A stretch of 64,000 nt of DNA from Sphaerodactylus townsendi. Its lineage: Eukaryota. Position numbers and translations under genes: made by a program. Below are positions 53,331 to 64,000 of the stretch, piece by piece. The stretch spans positions 28,272,001 to 28,336,000 of the forward strand of contig NC_059438.1 of the NCBI RefSeq assembly GCF_021028975.2, written 5' to 3'. How positions within the stretch are numbered: position 1 is the first letter of the stretch; each line of letters begins with the position of its first letter. The notes beneath the pieces are model-generated. The model was not told the origin of the DNA, did no database searches, and saw only the letters and a list, made by a program, of their open reading frames with translations.

Positions 53331-53541
53331 TCGATTTTGGTTATTATTGTTTTGCACTGACCTGAATTGAGCCAGCCGTGGAGTTTGTACCTGGTTCTCC
53401 TGCTTGTAGCTCCAAAACTCTCCCCAAAACAGACGCTCCCATCTGTTGCTTGGAAACAGTTGGTATGAGAATATTGCCATTTGCCTTGATGTGTAGCAAG
53501 ACCTGCTGCAGCTGCCTCTCTTACTTCCATCCACTTTTTAG

Positions 53542-53652
53542 ATCCATGCAAACTGTCGCATCCGCAGAATTTACTTCTCAGACAGGCTGTACTCAGAGGA
53601 TGAGCTTCCAGCTGAGTTCAAGTTGTACATCCCTGTCCAAAACAAGGCCAAG
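53542..53652 (+). CDS. CFAP20: CFAP20 exon 5 ([37 protein letters not shown])
   Basis: 111 nt, AG/GT boundaries. Confidence 0.98.
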
Positions 53653-53972
53653 GTAAATGGATGTCTTTGGGGGAAGAGGGTGATGGGAGAAGGAATACCC
53701 CTTATCAGATAGCTGTCAGAGAAGAGTCAGCTGAGTAAATTTTCTTTAAACCTGGTGCTTTAAATGGAGCCTCAGGTGATCAGGGCCCTGCAGATTACAA
53801 CTTTGGCTGGACTGTTTCTCTGCCCAAAGCCCAGAAGTCTTTCAAATGGGAGGTTGTCATCTTGATTATACTTTTAGCTGGTTGTCATCGTTAGAATGGG
53901 AAAGGAATTATTCCCCAAGCTGGTTCTGGTGGGTTTTCCAGGCTGTGTGGCCGTAGTCTGGTGGATTTTGTT

Positions 53973-54013
53973 CCTAACGTTTCGCCTGCATCTGTGGCTG
54001 GCATCTTCAGAGG
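53973..54013 (-). ncRNA. Minimal type I hammerhead ribozyme in a Penelope-type pLTR fragment (53925-54025)
   Basis: Minus strand cct-CTGAAGA-tgccagccacagatgcaggc-GAAA-CGTT-agg: intact core, stem II gcc/ggc, palindromic stem III AACGTT, stem I cct/agg. Confidence 0.7.
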
Positions 54014-54813
54014 TGTATCACAGAGAAGCCTTCGACAATATTCCCCAAGCAATTGAGGAACAATTGAGGAAGCTCAATTCTAAGCAAAGTTTGGCTCAGA
54101 ATTGGACTTCTGTCCCTGGCATGCCAAATGTTCCTGCCACTCCCTTTTCTCAAATGTCCACATCCTTTAAATGATCCCCAGATGTTTTCTGACAACACCC
54201 ATTTCTGAAATTGGTGTGCTTGCTTCATATTTTCAATAACTTTTCTGGATCTCACATTCCCCAACTCTCAATGGAACTTGATTGAAGGAAGTGTGGTGTA
54301 TGACCTAAATTGCACATTAGTGCCCAGATGCTGTACCGTAAACAGCTTACCTTGTTTGCTCCCTCTACTCCTTATTGTGATGTCACTAAAGGGATCCTTA
54401 GGCAAGCTGCTGTCTAGATGGAGGTGAAGATACTGGCCTACCTTATAAGGCTGTTGTAAAGATGACTGGTCCCATTTGGACAGGAACATATTACTGCAAT
54501 GCTAGGAAGTGTTAGCAGTTGAGCCAGTCACTCCAGGGGGATATTTGCCACTGACTGCACTGTGTCCTGGGCTACCCTCGCTGATTCCTTTGTTTTCACC
54601 TGAAAGCACAGGGCAGTGATCACGATGGCTCAGTTGAACCTGGAGCTCCCAAGAGTCCTGACCACCCGACTCCCCTTCCCATGGAAGAGCGATCAAGAGA
54701 CGTAGTTTTGTTCCCCAGAGGGAGAGCGGGAGGGTTTGGATTTTGAATGCTTGAGAATAACTGCAGAGGTACCGACTGACCCTGTCTCCCTCCTTCTCTT
54801 TTCTCACTCGCAG

Positions 54814-54819
54814 CAATGA
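54814..54819 (+). CDS. CFAP20: CFAP20 exon 6 coding part (Q*), followed by a short 3'UTR
   Basis: Long polypyrimidine tract + CAG, then CAA TGA; gives 193 aa; AATAAA at 54926. Confidence 0.88.
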   Translation, partial: Q

Positions 54820-54925
54820 TGGTACTTTTCTGGGAAGCCATCGAAGAGATGGACTCTGAAGACGGGTGGAACTTTTTTTATTATACAACATTTAGGTGTT
54901 GATTTGCATAGAATAACTGTTATTT

Positions 54926-54931
54926 AATAAA
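54926..54931 (+). terminator. CFAP20 polyadenylation signal AATAAA
   Basis: Canonical hexamer about 105 nt after the stop. Confidence 0.7.
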
Positions 54932-57016
54932 GCTATTATCTCTAACTCTGGGGCAGGACACCGCTAACCATGTCATTGTTGGACGTGAGGAACGACACTC
55001 CTGATCAGGCTTTTGGTTTAAAGCCAGCCCCTGTGGACGTGCAGGACCTGACCTGTGAGGCCACCATCCTGTGACCTATTCGGATGCCAACAGCTTCCTC
55101 TATATTTTTTATTTTGCTCTTCCTGTGTCGTTTGGTATCTGCTATACATGTGTGTGGCCTGCTCTCCCTCCAGAAGCAATTATTAAATATTTGATTCTCT
55201 TTGTAAGGCTGGCCATGGTGTCTGGTCTTCTCTGACTTGTAAGCCTAATCTTTGGCTCTCTGCCAGTGTGTCCCAAATGGTCACTGGCCAAGGGACGGGG
55301 GTGAGAGAGCCGACATTCACATCTGCCAGGCGGGGGCGAGGGGGGAATGGCGCCTAGGGCAGAACCTGCTCCGGGTGCTCCCACACCCCACTTACCTGAC
55401 TGGGCCACTGCCGGGCACCCCTTAGCCCCGCCCTGTCATGCTGCTCCTTCCAAAGAAGCAGCCTGGTGGGGTAGGGTGGGGCAGAGGGGAGGGGAGGGGT
55501 GTGAGGAAGTGATTCTCCGCTCCCCACGTGACCAGCTGGCATGCACCCGGGGGACATGTGACCCCAAATGTTCCCATGAGCGCTCCGCCTCTGCCACCAG
55601 GTCCCATTTCTGCTCCTCATTTATTCAAGAGGGCTCTGCACTGCAAATGCAACAGTGGAACAGTGCCGAGGAGGACAGGGGCAGAAACAACCATACTCAA
55701 TTCAACAAAATTTATTGCTGAACGAAAAAGATTTCAGATTAAACTGAGGCTTGGCAGGTGGCTGTGTGGAAGGAGGTTATGATCGAGAGGCCACCACCGA
55801 GAAGGTCCAGTCCCTGGTAGTTAACAACTACACATCTGAAGGTGGGGGCACACAGAGAAAAGGGCCAGGTGGGGGGGAAAAACCAATCAGTACGAGGCTC
55901 GGTATCAGTTTACGGACACTTCACAACACTTCTCGGGTGAACTGGTGGCATTCCTGAACTGAGCATATGACTATATGGCCTGCAGGAGTGGGGATAAAAA
56001 CCCGGACTTGCTGAGTGGGTTGTGCATGGGAGAGTTGTAAAATGCCTGTTCTAGATGGGGCCCAACCCCACCCTACCAGATGTGATGAAGTTTGGGGGTG
56101 GTACTGATCCTGCCATTGAGGTCCAAGCACACAGCCCCAACTTCGCATGAGGACATTGAAGCATTAGCACGTGCTGTGTTTTGGACACCCGGCCCACTTC
56201 CCCATTCATCTTCTTGATGCTCCTAGCTGCCTGTCAACCATCTGTATTTGATAGGTTGATATACCACCTTTCTGCTATTTGTGTTTACAGCAGTTTACAA
56301 TTCAATATGATACGCATAATAGAAAAGTAAAAGTGGTCAGGAAGGGAAAAGAATGAAGGGCAAAATTGGGCCCTGACTCTGAGATAATATTTAACTGTTC
56401 CTTAACAGCTGAGAGAACAGCTGCCTGCAGGTGAACGTTGCTTTATTCCATGCTTACACCATCCCCAAGTCAAAATGAATCCTTCAAGAAAGATTCCAAA
56501 GGTGAAAGAAGTGGTTTGGCTGTTGACCACCTTCTGGCTTCTCAGAACCCCGAGGCAGGGGCGTGGCGGGGTGCCCTGGGCGTTGTTCCTCCTTGCTCTG
56601 CCCCTGCTTCAATGTCACCACCTTTCCCAGGGTCATCTCTGTATTCACTCAAAGGAGTTTGCATTGCTGGTTTATTTCCAAAGCCCACCACCTAAAAAAA
56701 GGAATGTGCTCTAGGTTCTCTTGGCATCTTCAGGAACTTGACAGAACAGCTTTCCAGAAGGATTACAACTTGTTATATTGATTTCTCCTCAACCCTTCTG
56801 CTGCTGGATCTCAGCAGTGGACTTTTCATGCTGTGAGCTGCCACTACCCTTGGAGCATGTTCTGGTAAGGGGCAGGTGTGACCTCCACCAGCCATTAGCA
56901 GGGGCATACCAAAGCCTAAAATCTCAAGAACAGTCACACAGTCTCATTTGTTTATCTGTCCATCTGTCTTGGGTGTACAGGCCAGGACTTTGGCCAAGCT
57001 GACCATACATGTTTTA

Positions 57017-57230
57017 TTCTAATCTGGAGAACCGGGTTTGATTCTCCACTCCTCCAACTGAGTGGCGGAGGCGTATCTGGTGAACCAGATGTTTCTGTAC
57101 TCCTACGTTCCTGTTGGTTGGCAATTCTTCAGAACTCTCTCAGCTCCACCTACCTCACAAGGTGTCTGTTGTGGGGAGAGGAAGGGAAAGGAGCTTGTAA
57201 GCCACCTTGAGTCTCCTTCTCGTCTTCATT
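57017..57230 (+). mobile_element. Squam3-type SINE, 5'-truncated
   Basis: tctaatctggagaaccgggtttgattc...ctacctcacaaggtgtctgttgtgggg. Confidence 0.75.
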
Positions 57231-58164
57231 CTCATAAATGTACCTGTGGATCTGGTTGCCATTCTTTTCTCTGGAGATTGCAAAGGAGGACAAATTGTTT
57301 AACTGTATCTGTTGTTCTTGAACGTCCTTGTGACAGTTGCTGGTTATCCTGCAGGATGGGCTAAGAGAAGATCTGGGTAGGCAGATGCTGTTCTCCCCCC
57401 CCCCCCTAAACACTGTATGACCATGCTCCTCGACTCCTTGAAGCTGGCAGAGACACCAAAAGGATCCTCATCATAGATGACCACTTGAAGAGCATAAGCT
57501 ACAGGTGAGCAGCCTGTTCTTTTAAGAAGGAAATGGATTGTACTACTTCTTAGTCTCCGTGCATCACACAGATGTGCTTTGCACCTGTGCCAAGCTACAA
57601 CTTGGAAACCTCTACAGTTGCGCTTTTAGGTGCCAGTTTAGATGATGCACATGCAGACAGAAAAGGAGTCACATCTTATTCAGCTCCTTTGAGTCTGCTG
57701 CAACAGCAGCACTGTTTAGGAACTTCTCCAGAGCTATCTTCTTCGGAGCCAATTTTTCATGCAAATTAAGACATATTTTGCATGGACGTGCTTCAACTGT
57801 TGGGGCCAGTTTCTTAATTTGTTCTATAGCCCTGTCTCTTATGGAAAAGGATTTTGGATAGATGAACATCCAGGAATACCAATACAAGAAGGTTTCTTTT
57901 GGACCCAGGGTTTCTGGGAAAGGGAGGAGATCCCTGGGATGAAGAGAAACCGGGGTGGACAAAACTGATATAAATCTGCACTTCCTGGGACTGAAAAAAG
58001 ACCTATATAGTCTACCACAAAGCTGTTCCCAAAAGCCCCCCTCCCACACCAATGTAGAGTCTCTGGCATTCACTGACAGAGCAACTCAACTTTGCTAGAT
58101 TGGTCTCTTCCCTCTGTTTGCAGGAAAAGCAGAATTCTGCAGGCATCTGTTCCTGGCAGGGAAA

Positions 58165-58495
58165 ACTTATTTATATTTTATTTATTTATTTATTACATTT
58201 ATATACCGCCCTCCCCTGAAGGGCTCAGGGCGGTGAACATGAATATACAACTAGAGCACAAAATAAAATCAATAAATCTCAGATCATTAAATAAATCATA
58301 GTAAATGGCTCTATAGTCTTTGAATCATTAAAACCCCATTAAAAGCAGCGTATTAATATCAAATACAATAAATAATACAATAAGAGGCGACCTACTAACC
58401 AATCCCCTAAAAGAGGGGAGGGACGGCAGGATCCACAGATGTTAACGGGGGGGGGGGGCATCAGCGGCCAGCCTCCCCAAAAGCCTGGCAGGCTG
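58165..58495 (-). mobile_element. L2-type LINE 3' end (similar copy near 39650-39860)
   Basis: (TTTA)n tail then tttatataccgccctcccctgaagggctcagggcgg. Confidence 0.6.
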
Positions 58496-58871
58496 AAGGT
58501 TGGCTGGCTGGTCGGTTTTGGCCCAGGCCATGGAAGCAGCTGCAAGGAGCAGAATGGCAGCAAGAGCCTTCCAATACTTATGCTTTTCCACAGCTTCAAA
58601 TTCAGAAACCACAACCAAAGTGCAAATGATGTGCAGTGCCAGAATGATTGGCAACCTCTGTTGTTCCTCTGGATGCCTGCAGGGGTTGCTCAGGGGCGTA
58701 AGGAGACAAACTGGAGCCCTGGGCAAAACCTGAGTTGGATGCCAGCCCCCAAGGGCGGCCACCCCATCACAACCCCCCAATTTTTTTTTACGCACCAGGT
58801 CATTGGTGCCTGCAGGGGATGCATTTTTAGACATATCTGCACCAAAATGACATATCAGCACAAAGAATGCT

Positions 58872-59790
58872 GCTGGGGACGCCGCTGCCCTCCAGTGGCC
58901 AAAGGTGTGAATTACAAGCGCAACACACACCTCAACCCACGCGGCATTTCTCAGGTTATAGTTGCTATAATGTGGCGAATCGGGGCCTCTTTGAGCAGGG
59001 CAGCCCGTTTGGGCAATGCAGCTGAGAGCCCTTCGCACGAGGCCCCAGGTCGAGGCTGTGGCGTGTCCGAGCCTCTTTGGGCAGGGGAGCCGCTGGGATG
59101 CTGCTGCCCTCCAGTGGCCAAAGGTGTGAATTACAAGCGCAACCCCTGGCACCCACCACGCGGCATTTCTCAGGTTATAGTTGCTATAATGTGGCGAATC
59201 GGGACCTCTTTGAGCAGGGGAGCCGCTGCGGAGGGCTCCCCGAGAGCGTGGGGACGCTTCCCGAGTTTTTGCTGAGACCACGCTAACCCGCTCCGAGAGC
59301 GTTGTAACGCTCGCCGAGACAGCTCTAACACTCTCCAAGAGCGTGGTAAGGCTTTTCCCGAGAGCGTTGTAACGCCTCCTAGACCGTGCTAACCTTCTCC
59401 GAGAGCGTGGTAAGCCCTCCCGACAGCGTTGTGACGCTCCCGAGACCGCGCTAATGCGCCCCAGAGAGCGTTGTAACGCTTCCCATGAGCGTTGTGACGC
59501 TCTCCGAGAAGCGTTCCCACGCTCTCAGGGAACACTCCGCAGTGGCTCCCCTGCTCAAAGAGGCCTCGATTCACCACATTATAGCAACTATAACCTGAGA
59601 AATGCCGCGTGGGTTGGGGTGTGCGCTTGTAATTCACACTTTGGCCACTGGAGGGCAGCGGCGTCCCCAGCGGCTCCCCTGCCCAAAGAGGCTCGGACAC
59701 GCCACAACCTCGACGTGGGGTCTCGTGCGAAGGTGGCGCCCTAGGGACTCTCAGCTACATTGCCCAAACGGGCTGCCAAGCTCAAAGAGG
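58872..59790. repeat. Composite CpG-rich repeat: 219-bp direct repeat, about 280-bp inverted arms (58986-59263 / 59505-59790) and a 21-bp minisatellite spacer
   Basis: Directly visible: gctgccctccagtggccaaaggtgtgaattacaagcgc at 58884 and 59103 and its reverse complement at 59622-59659; spacer units ccgagagcgttgtaacgct.. Confidence 0.93.
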
Positions 59791-59799
59791 TCTGGGAAG

Positions 59800-60300
59800 A
59801 TAGCGTAATCACCCCATAACATCCACGTGCGGTCTCGTGCGAAGGCGGCGGTCAGCGTGGCGTGGTCCAGGGGAGGGACGGGGGGAGCACTGTGGGGCAG
59901 ATTCTCCTCAGCTGCGGCACCCCATCAGGACGTGCGGGGGAAGGGGGGTCCCGGGGGAGCCAGGCCAAGTTGGGGGGGGGCATTTGAAGCCAATGATGGG
60001 ACCCCTCCCTCCCTCCCTCCCCGTCGCCTCCGGGGTGACGAGTCCCGAGAGAGCGCGCCGATTGGGCCGCCGCCTTTCCTCCTCCTCCTCCCGCTTGATT
60101 GGCCGGCGGGCCGTAAAGGCGGAAGCGTTCAGGGGGGCCCGTGAGCGAAGCGGCCGGCGGGGAGAAGGAGGAGGGGGCCCTTCTGCAGGGTCGTCGTCGT
60201 CGGTGGGGGGACTCTGGCCGCCCTCCCTCTCTCCCTCGCTGGCCCTGATGGACGGGGAGGGGCTGTCCGTCGCTGCCTGCTTTTCTATGCCAGGCAAGTG
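59800..60300 (+). promoter_or_regulatory. CpG-island promoter and probable first exon of an unidentified gene
   Basis: CCAAT at 59990, ATTGG at 60061 and 60098, GGCGGAAG (ETS-like) at 60118, candidate donors at 60294/60298. Confidence 0.6.
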
Positions 60301-60351
60301 AGGCAGACAGAAATGAAGCAGGCAGATCCTGACAGCTCAGTTGGTTCGTTC

Positions 60352-60352
60352 G

Positions 60353-60384
<32 letters not shown>

Positions 60385-60386
60385 CC
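60352..60386. repeat. (GCCT)n microsatellite
   Basis: About 8 tandem GCCT units. Confidence 0.9.
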
Positions 60387-60469
60387 AGGGCGGAAGGCCA
60401 GAGGAATGGATCCAGTGGGATTTCAGAATGCTTTGGGGGAGAATATGAATGGTAACTCTGGAGGGAGGG

Positions 60470-60935
60470 AAGAAGAAGAGTTGGTTTTTATAACCCGCCA
60501 ATGTGGTGTAGTGGTTAGGAGCAGCAGACTGTCATCTGGAGAACTGGATTTGACTCCCTGCTGCTTCACATGAGTGGCTGACTCTAATCTGGTGAACTGG
60601 GTTTGTTTTCCCTGCTCCTCCACTGAAGCCTGCTGGGTGACCTTGGGCTAGTCACAGTTCTCTCAGAACTCTCTCAGCCCCACCTGCCTCACAAGGTGCC
60701 CCTTGTGAGGAAGGTGATTGTAAGCCCCTTTGAGGCTCCTTAAAGGTAGAGAAAAGTCTTGAAGCAGCTTACCTTCCGCTCCCTGCAAGAGGCACCTTGT
60801 GAGGAAGGTGGGGCTCAGACAGTTCTGAGAGATCATTGACTAAGCCAAGGTCACCAAACAGACTTCATGTGGAGGAGGGGGGGGGATCGAACCTGGTTTT
60901 CCAGATTAGACTCTGCCACTCTTAACCACCACACT
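60470..60935. mobile_element. Two Squam3-type SINEs, a plus-strand copy (about 60500-60760) nested in a minus-strand copy
   Basis: (GAA)n tail at 60469, then tgtggtgtagtggttagg head on +, then minus body and head ending cttaaccaccacacta. Confidence 0.75.
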
Positions 60936-62399
60936 AGGTTGGCTTTCTGGCTCCACCTTGGACTGCTGTTAAATGTTCAGGGGCAGAGACGTAAGATTTC
61001 AAGACATTTTGAAGTAGTCTTCCAGATCCTTTTGGAAACAATGGAAATTGGGGAGGGGGGTGGGATTGAAATATGCATAATACTGATTAAATCCTAACTT
61101 ACATTTTCTGTTTGAACTAACATAATATCAATAATTTATGTGGCAACATATAAAATTGTGCTACACATCATCTTTGGGGAGAGGGAGAGAAAGAGGGCAA
61201 GACCTATCCCGTTAAAACAGATACAAAGGGGAAAAATTGAAATAGGTTGGAAACAGGAATCAAATTTTGCAGCAAATAAAGGAGACAGTATCATTTGGAC
61301 AGACGTGGTCTCATACCTAACAGTATTTACTCAAATGCAAGACAGGCTTATTTTCACAGAGATGCAATAAAAAAGTGGAGAACAATCTTACATTGTTCCA
61401 GGCATATATAATTATTCTGTTTTTTCTTTGTGTATAACATTTTTAAGGGGATGGTCTTGCATGCAATGCCATGTTCCTTTAGAAGAAACGGAGCATTTGG
61501 AAATCAAGCTGAATTTTGTCAACAATGAAAACACAACGAACCCTTCAATGACATATCATCATCATAGCATTCTTTGTATCAATTGTGAACAAAATTAGCT
61601 ACGCGTGAACAATAAACACATCCTTGAAATTGCATAGGTTTATATTATGTACTGCATTGATCATTGCTATCATTATTTGCTTGACTAGGGATACCAGCCC
61701 CCAAGTGAGATTGAAGGATTCCCTGGAATTGCAGGTCATCTCTACACACACACACCCGCCCCCGCCAGTGGCCACGGAGGACCAGGAAACCATATTTGCC
61801 TCAGCAAAAATGTTAACACTACGTGTTTCAACTGAACATAATCTTGCCTAAAAACTGTTCTCTCATTCCAATAAAGGGAGGGTTTGTGGGGAGGTATCTG
61901 TCCCCAATTTCCAATTTTCCCGTTTCAGGAAGTACTCTCTTTTCTCCAGAGGAGTCTTTTTTCCCCACACGGACCTTACTTCACATCTGTACTCAGACAA
62001 TAAACTGGATTGCACCCAAGTATCCATTGCCACTCCCTATCAAAGCCCTGGTCCACTGTTCATAGAGCACCTGAAAAGACAGGTTCCAAATCAAAAAGAA
62101 AACATCACAGATACCTCTGAAGTGACTGTGACAGCCACGAGAAAGGCATATTCTGCATTACTGAATCTCTTTCAGCCCAATTTTTCAGAGTAGTTTAGAA
62201 TTTGACAGCACTTCAGTCGAGGTCTTCCCCTCCTTTGTGACGGTGATTCATTTATTAACTGGGTGGGGTTTTTTGCATAATTCTTAACTGATCAGATTAT
62301 CTGATCCAGTCTGACTGGCGCCATCTTGTCATTTTTTTCATGGCTAGTTTTGGACTGATGCCGACAGGATTCTAGGGGCTGCAAATGCGGCCAGCTACA

Positions 62400-63330
62400 A
62401 AACAGATTCCCCACCCTTCATGGGCAGTGATATCAAGCCTGGAGAAAATAAAAGCTCCTCTGTCCAGAGTTATTACATCTCTGGCAGAGGGAACAGTCCC
62501 TACACCTTTAAAGGTGGCCATAATGGTACTGTTGTCAGAAAAATAGACCTTTCTGTAGCAAAAAAATTAGTAATCACCTGACCAATTACAGCCTGACTTC
62601 TAATTTGTCATTTTTGGGATGTAAGGTGATTCAGTGGGCGGTGGTAGATCAATGTCTGGTGTTCTTGATGATACATCTGCTCTTGACCCATTTCAATCTG
62701 GCTTTGGAACAGAGACAATATAACTCATCCTGATCCCCGTGGACAGTCTCTGCCTGCAAAAAGGTAAGGCGAAATGCTGAATCTGTCAGCTGCCTTTGAC
62801 ACAGTTGTCCAACTTGCTTGTTATGCTTTATTGAGATGCTTGGAAAATATATTAGGGGTGAAGACAACAACATTTTGTTAGATCAGAGAGGCAAACTGAG
62901 GGCATCAAAGGATGCCAAGTCAGCAGTTTGGAAGGTACCCTGTGGGGTGATTGCAAGACTTTCAGTTGCCTATGCTTTTTAACTTCTGTTAGGACCTGAA
63001 ATGAGATTGTCCATAGCTTTGGTCTTTGGATGGCTTAATTGTGTGGAAAACAAAGCCCCACAGAAGTGGTAAAAGATGAGGCAGCCAGAGACACAGTGGA
63101 ACATCTGTCCTTCCAGGATTACTGTCTGTCTCCAAGCTCATCTCAATGTGCCTGGTCATGCATTTAAAGTCCTTCATGATCTAGGTCCCATGCACCTGAG
63201 GGACTCTCTCTCTAGGTATGCTCTGCTTGTGTATTCTGCCGGGGATAAACTAAAACCATACAATGTGTTCAGTCCCCACTAGAACATCAGCTTTAGCAAA
63301 CAATCGCTTCTGTCTTGTGTCAGGATCAGT
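62400..63330 (+). mobile_element. Degenerate L2 LINE ORF2 remnant
   Basis: Fragments SLAEGTVPTPLK, NYSLTSNLSFLG, LDPFQSGF, SAAFDTV in broken frames. Confidence 0.7.
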
Positions 63331-64000
63331 TTTAGGGCATTCTTCCCCACCTACATAAGCACCTAGGCTCAGACAGAGATGACAGCATTTGGAGGCTTAT
63401 TCATAGAGACTGATGGTAGGATTTGGAGCTCTTCACAACCCCAAAATAAGGTCTGATAAGACTAATTACAAACAGCAACACAAATGCAACAAGCAATCCC
63501 AACAAGGCCCATAAAAAGAGTGGGAGGTATCTTCAATTGCAGGTCTTACTAGCACGCTCTGCAGTGCCTGGTAGGAGAGAATGGTCTTACTTGCCTTCAA
63601 AAAAAAGATCAGGGAAAGAACAGGATAAACTCCACAGGACAACATGGCCAGGTGGGGAATTCTTCATTCACACAAGATCAGTTTAAAGTATTTGCTTTAT
63701 AACATTTAGTTTGCAGATTTTTCAGCAAGGTCCTCCTCATTCATTTAATGCTCCATTTAACATGTCTTGGGCTATGTCCCCTTGCCTGAGTGGAGTAGGA
63801 CTTTCTTGAGCCTCTCCAGTTGGTTGTCAGGGTATTTGGTTGTTATTTTCCCAGGGATCGCAGTTGTCTACACCTGCACTTTATAATCAATGGCCATCTC
63901 CCCACCCCCTCCCAGTCCACCATCTCAGTATATGAGACTTGGGGAAAGGGCACTTCCTTCTGCTTTTCAGAGTCTGGCTGCTGGTAGCACCTGCGCTGGA

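Noticed and set aside
58940-58990. HDV-like ribozyme suggested by ...aatgtggcgaatcggg
   Set aside because: Resembles the J4/2-P2 end, but I could not find matching P1, P2 and P3 pairings upstream
58439-59338. 278-aa and 298-aa antiparallel ORFs
   Set aside because: They run across an L2 end, a MITE-like fragment and the 219-bp repeat; no recognisable domain or splice structure
59241-59526. CRISPR-like array of short palindromic repeats
   Set aside because: No unique spacers, units are contiguous and degenerate, no cas genes, vertebrate context
62340-62580. Possible second exon of the orphan gene
   Set aside because: Another frame gives L2 ORF2 motifs continuing to LDPFQSGF and SAAFDTV, so it is a LINE remnant

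Overview
Vertebrate (squamate, probably gecko, inferred from abundant Squam3-type SINEs and Sauria SINE) genomic window. It holds three recognisable genes in the same order as in mammals: CCDC113/CFAP263 (minus strand, coding exons 1-4; the rest lies left of the window), CSNK2A2 (plus strand, 11 coding exons totalling 1053 nt = 350 aa + stop, plus a spliced non-coding 3' exon) and CFAP20 (plus strand, 6 coding exons totalling 582 nt = 193 aa + stop). CCDC113 and CSNK2A2 share a bidirectional CpG-island promoter. Introns and intergenic DNA are full of SINEs, CR1/L2/Penelope/DIRS remnants and hAT, Tc/mariner and PIF-Harbinger MITEs. The most unusual structure is at 58.87-59.80 kb: a CpG-rich, roughly 800-bp palindrome with a higher-order 21-bp minisatellite spacer and three CTCF-like motifs in divergent orientation, directly upstream of an unidentified CpG-island promoter. 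Other notable points: a young CR1 inserted into the CFAP20 exon-4 splice donor, a Penelope-type hammerhead ribozyme with intact core, a cryptic 76-77 bp triplication in the bidirectional promoter, and an apparent start-codon shift in CCDC113. Most listed ORFs are spurious. Gene and repeat names come from recalled sequence similarity, not database searches.
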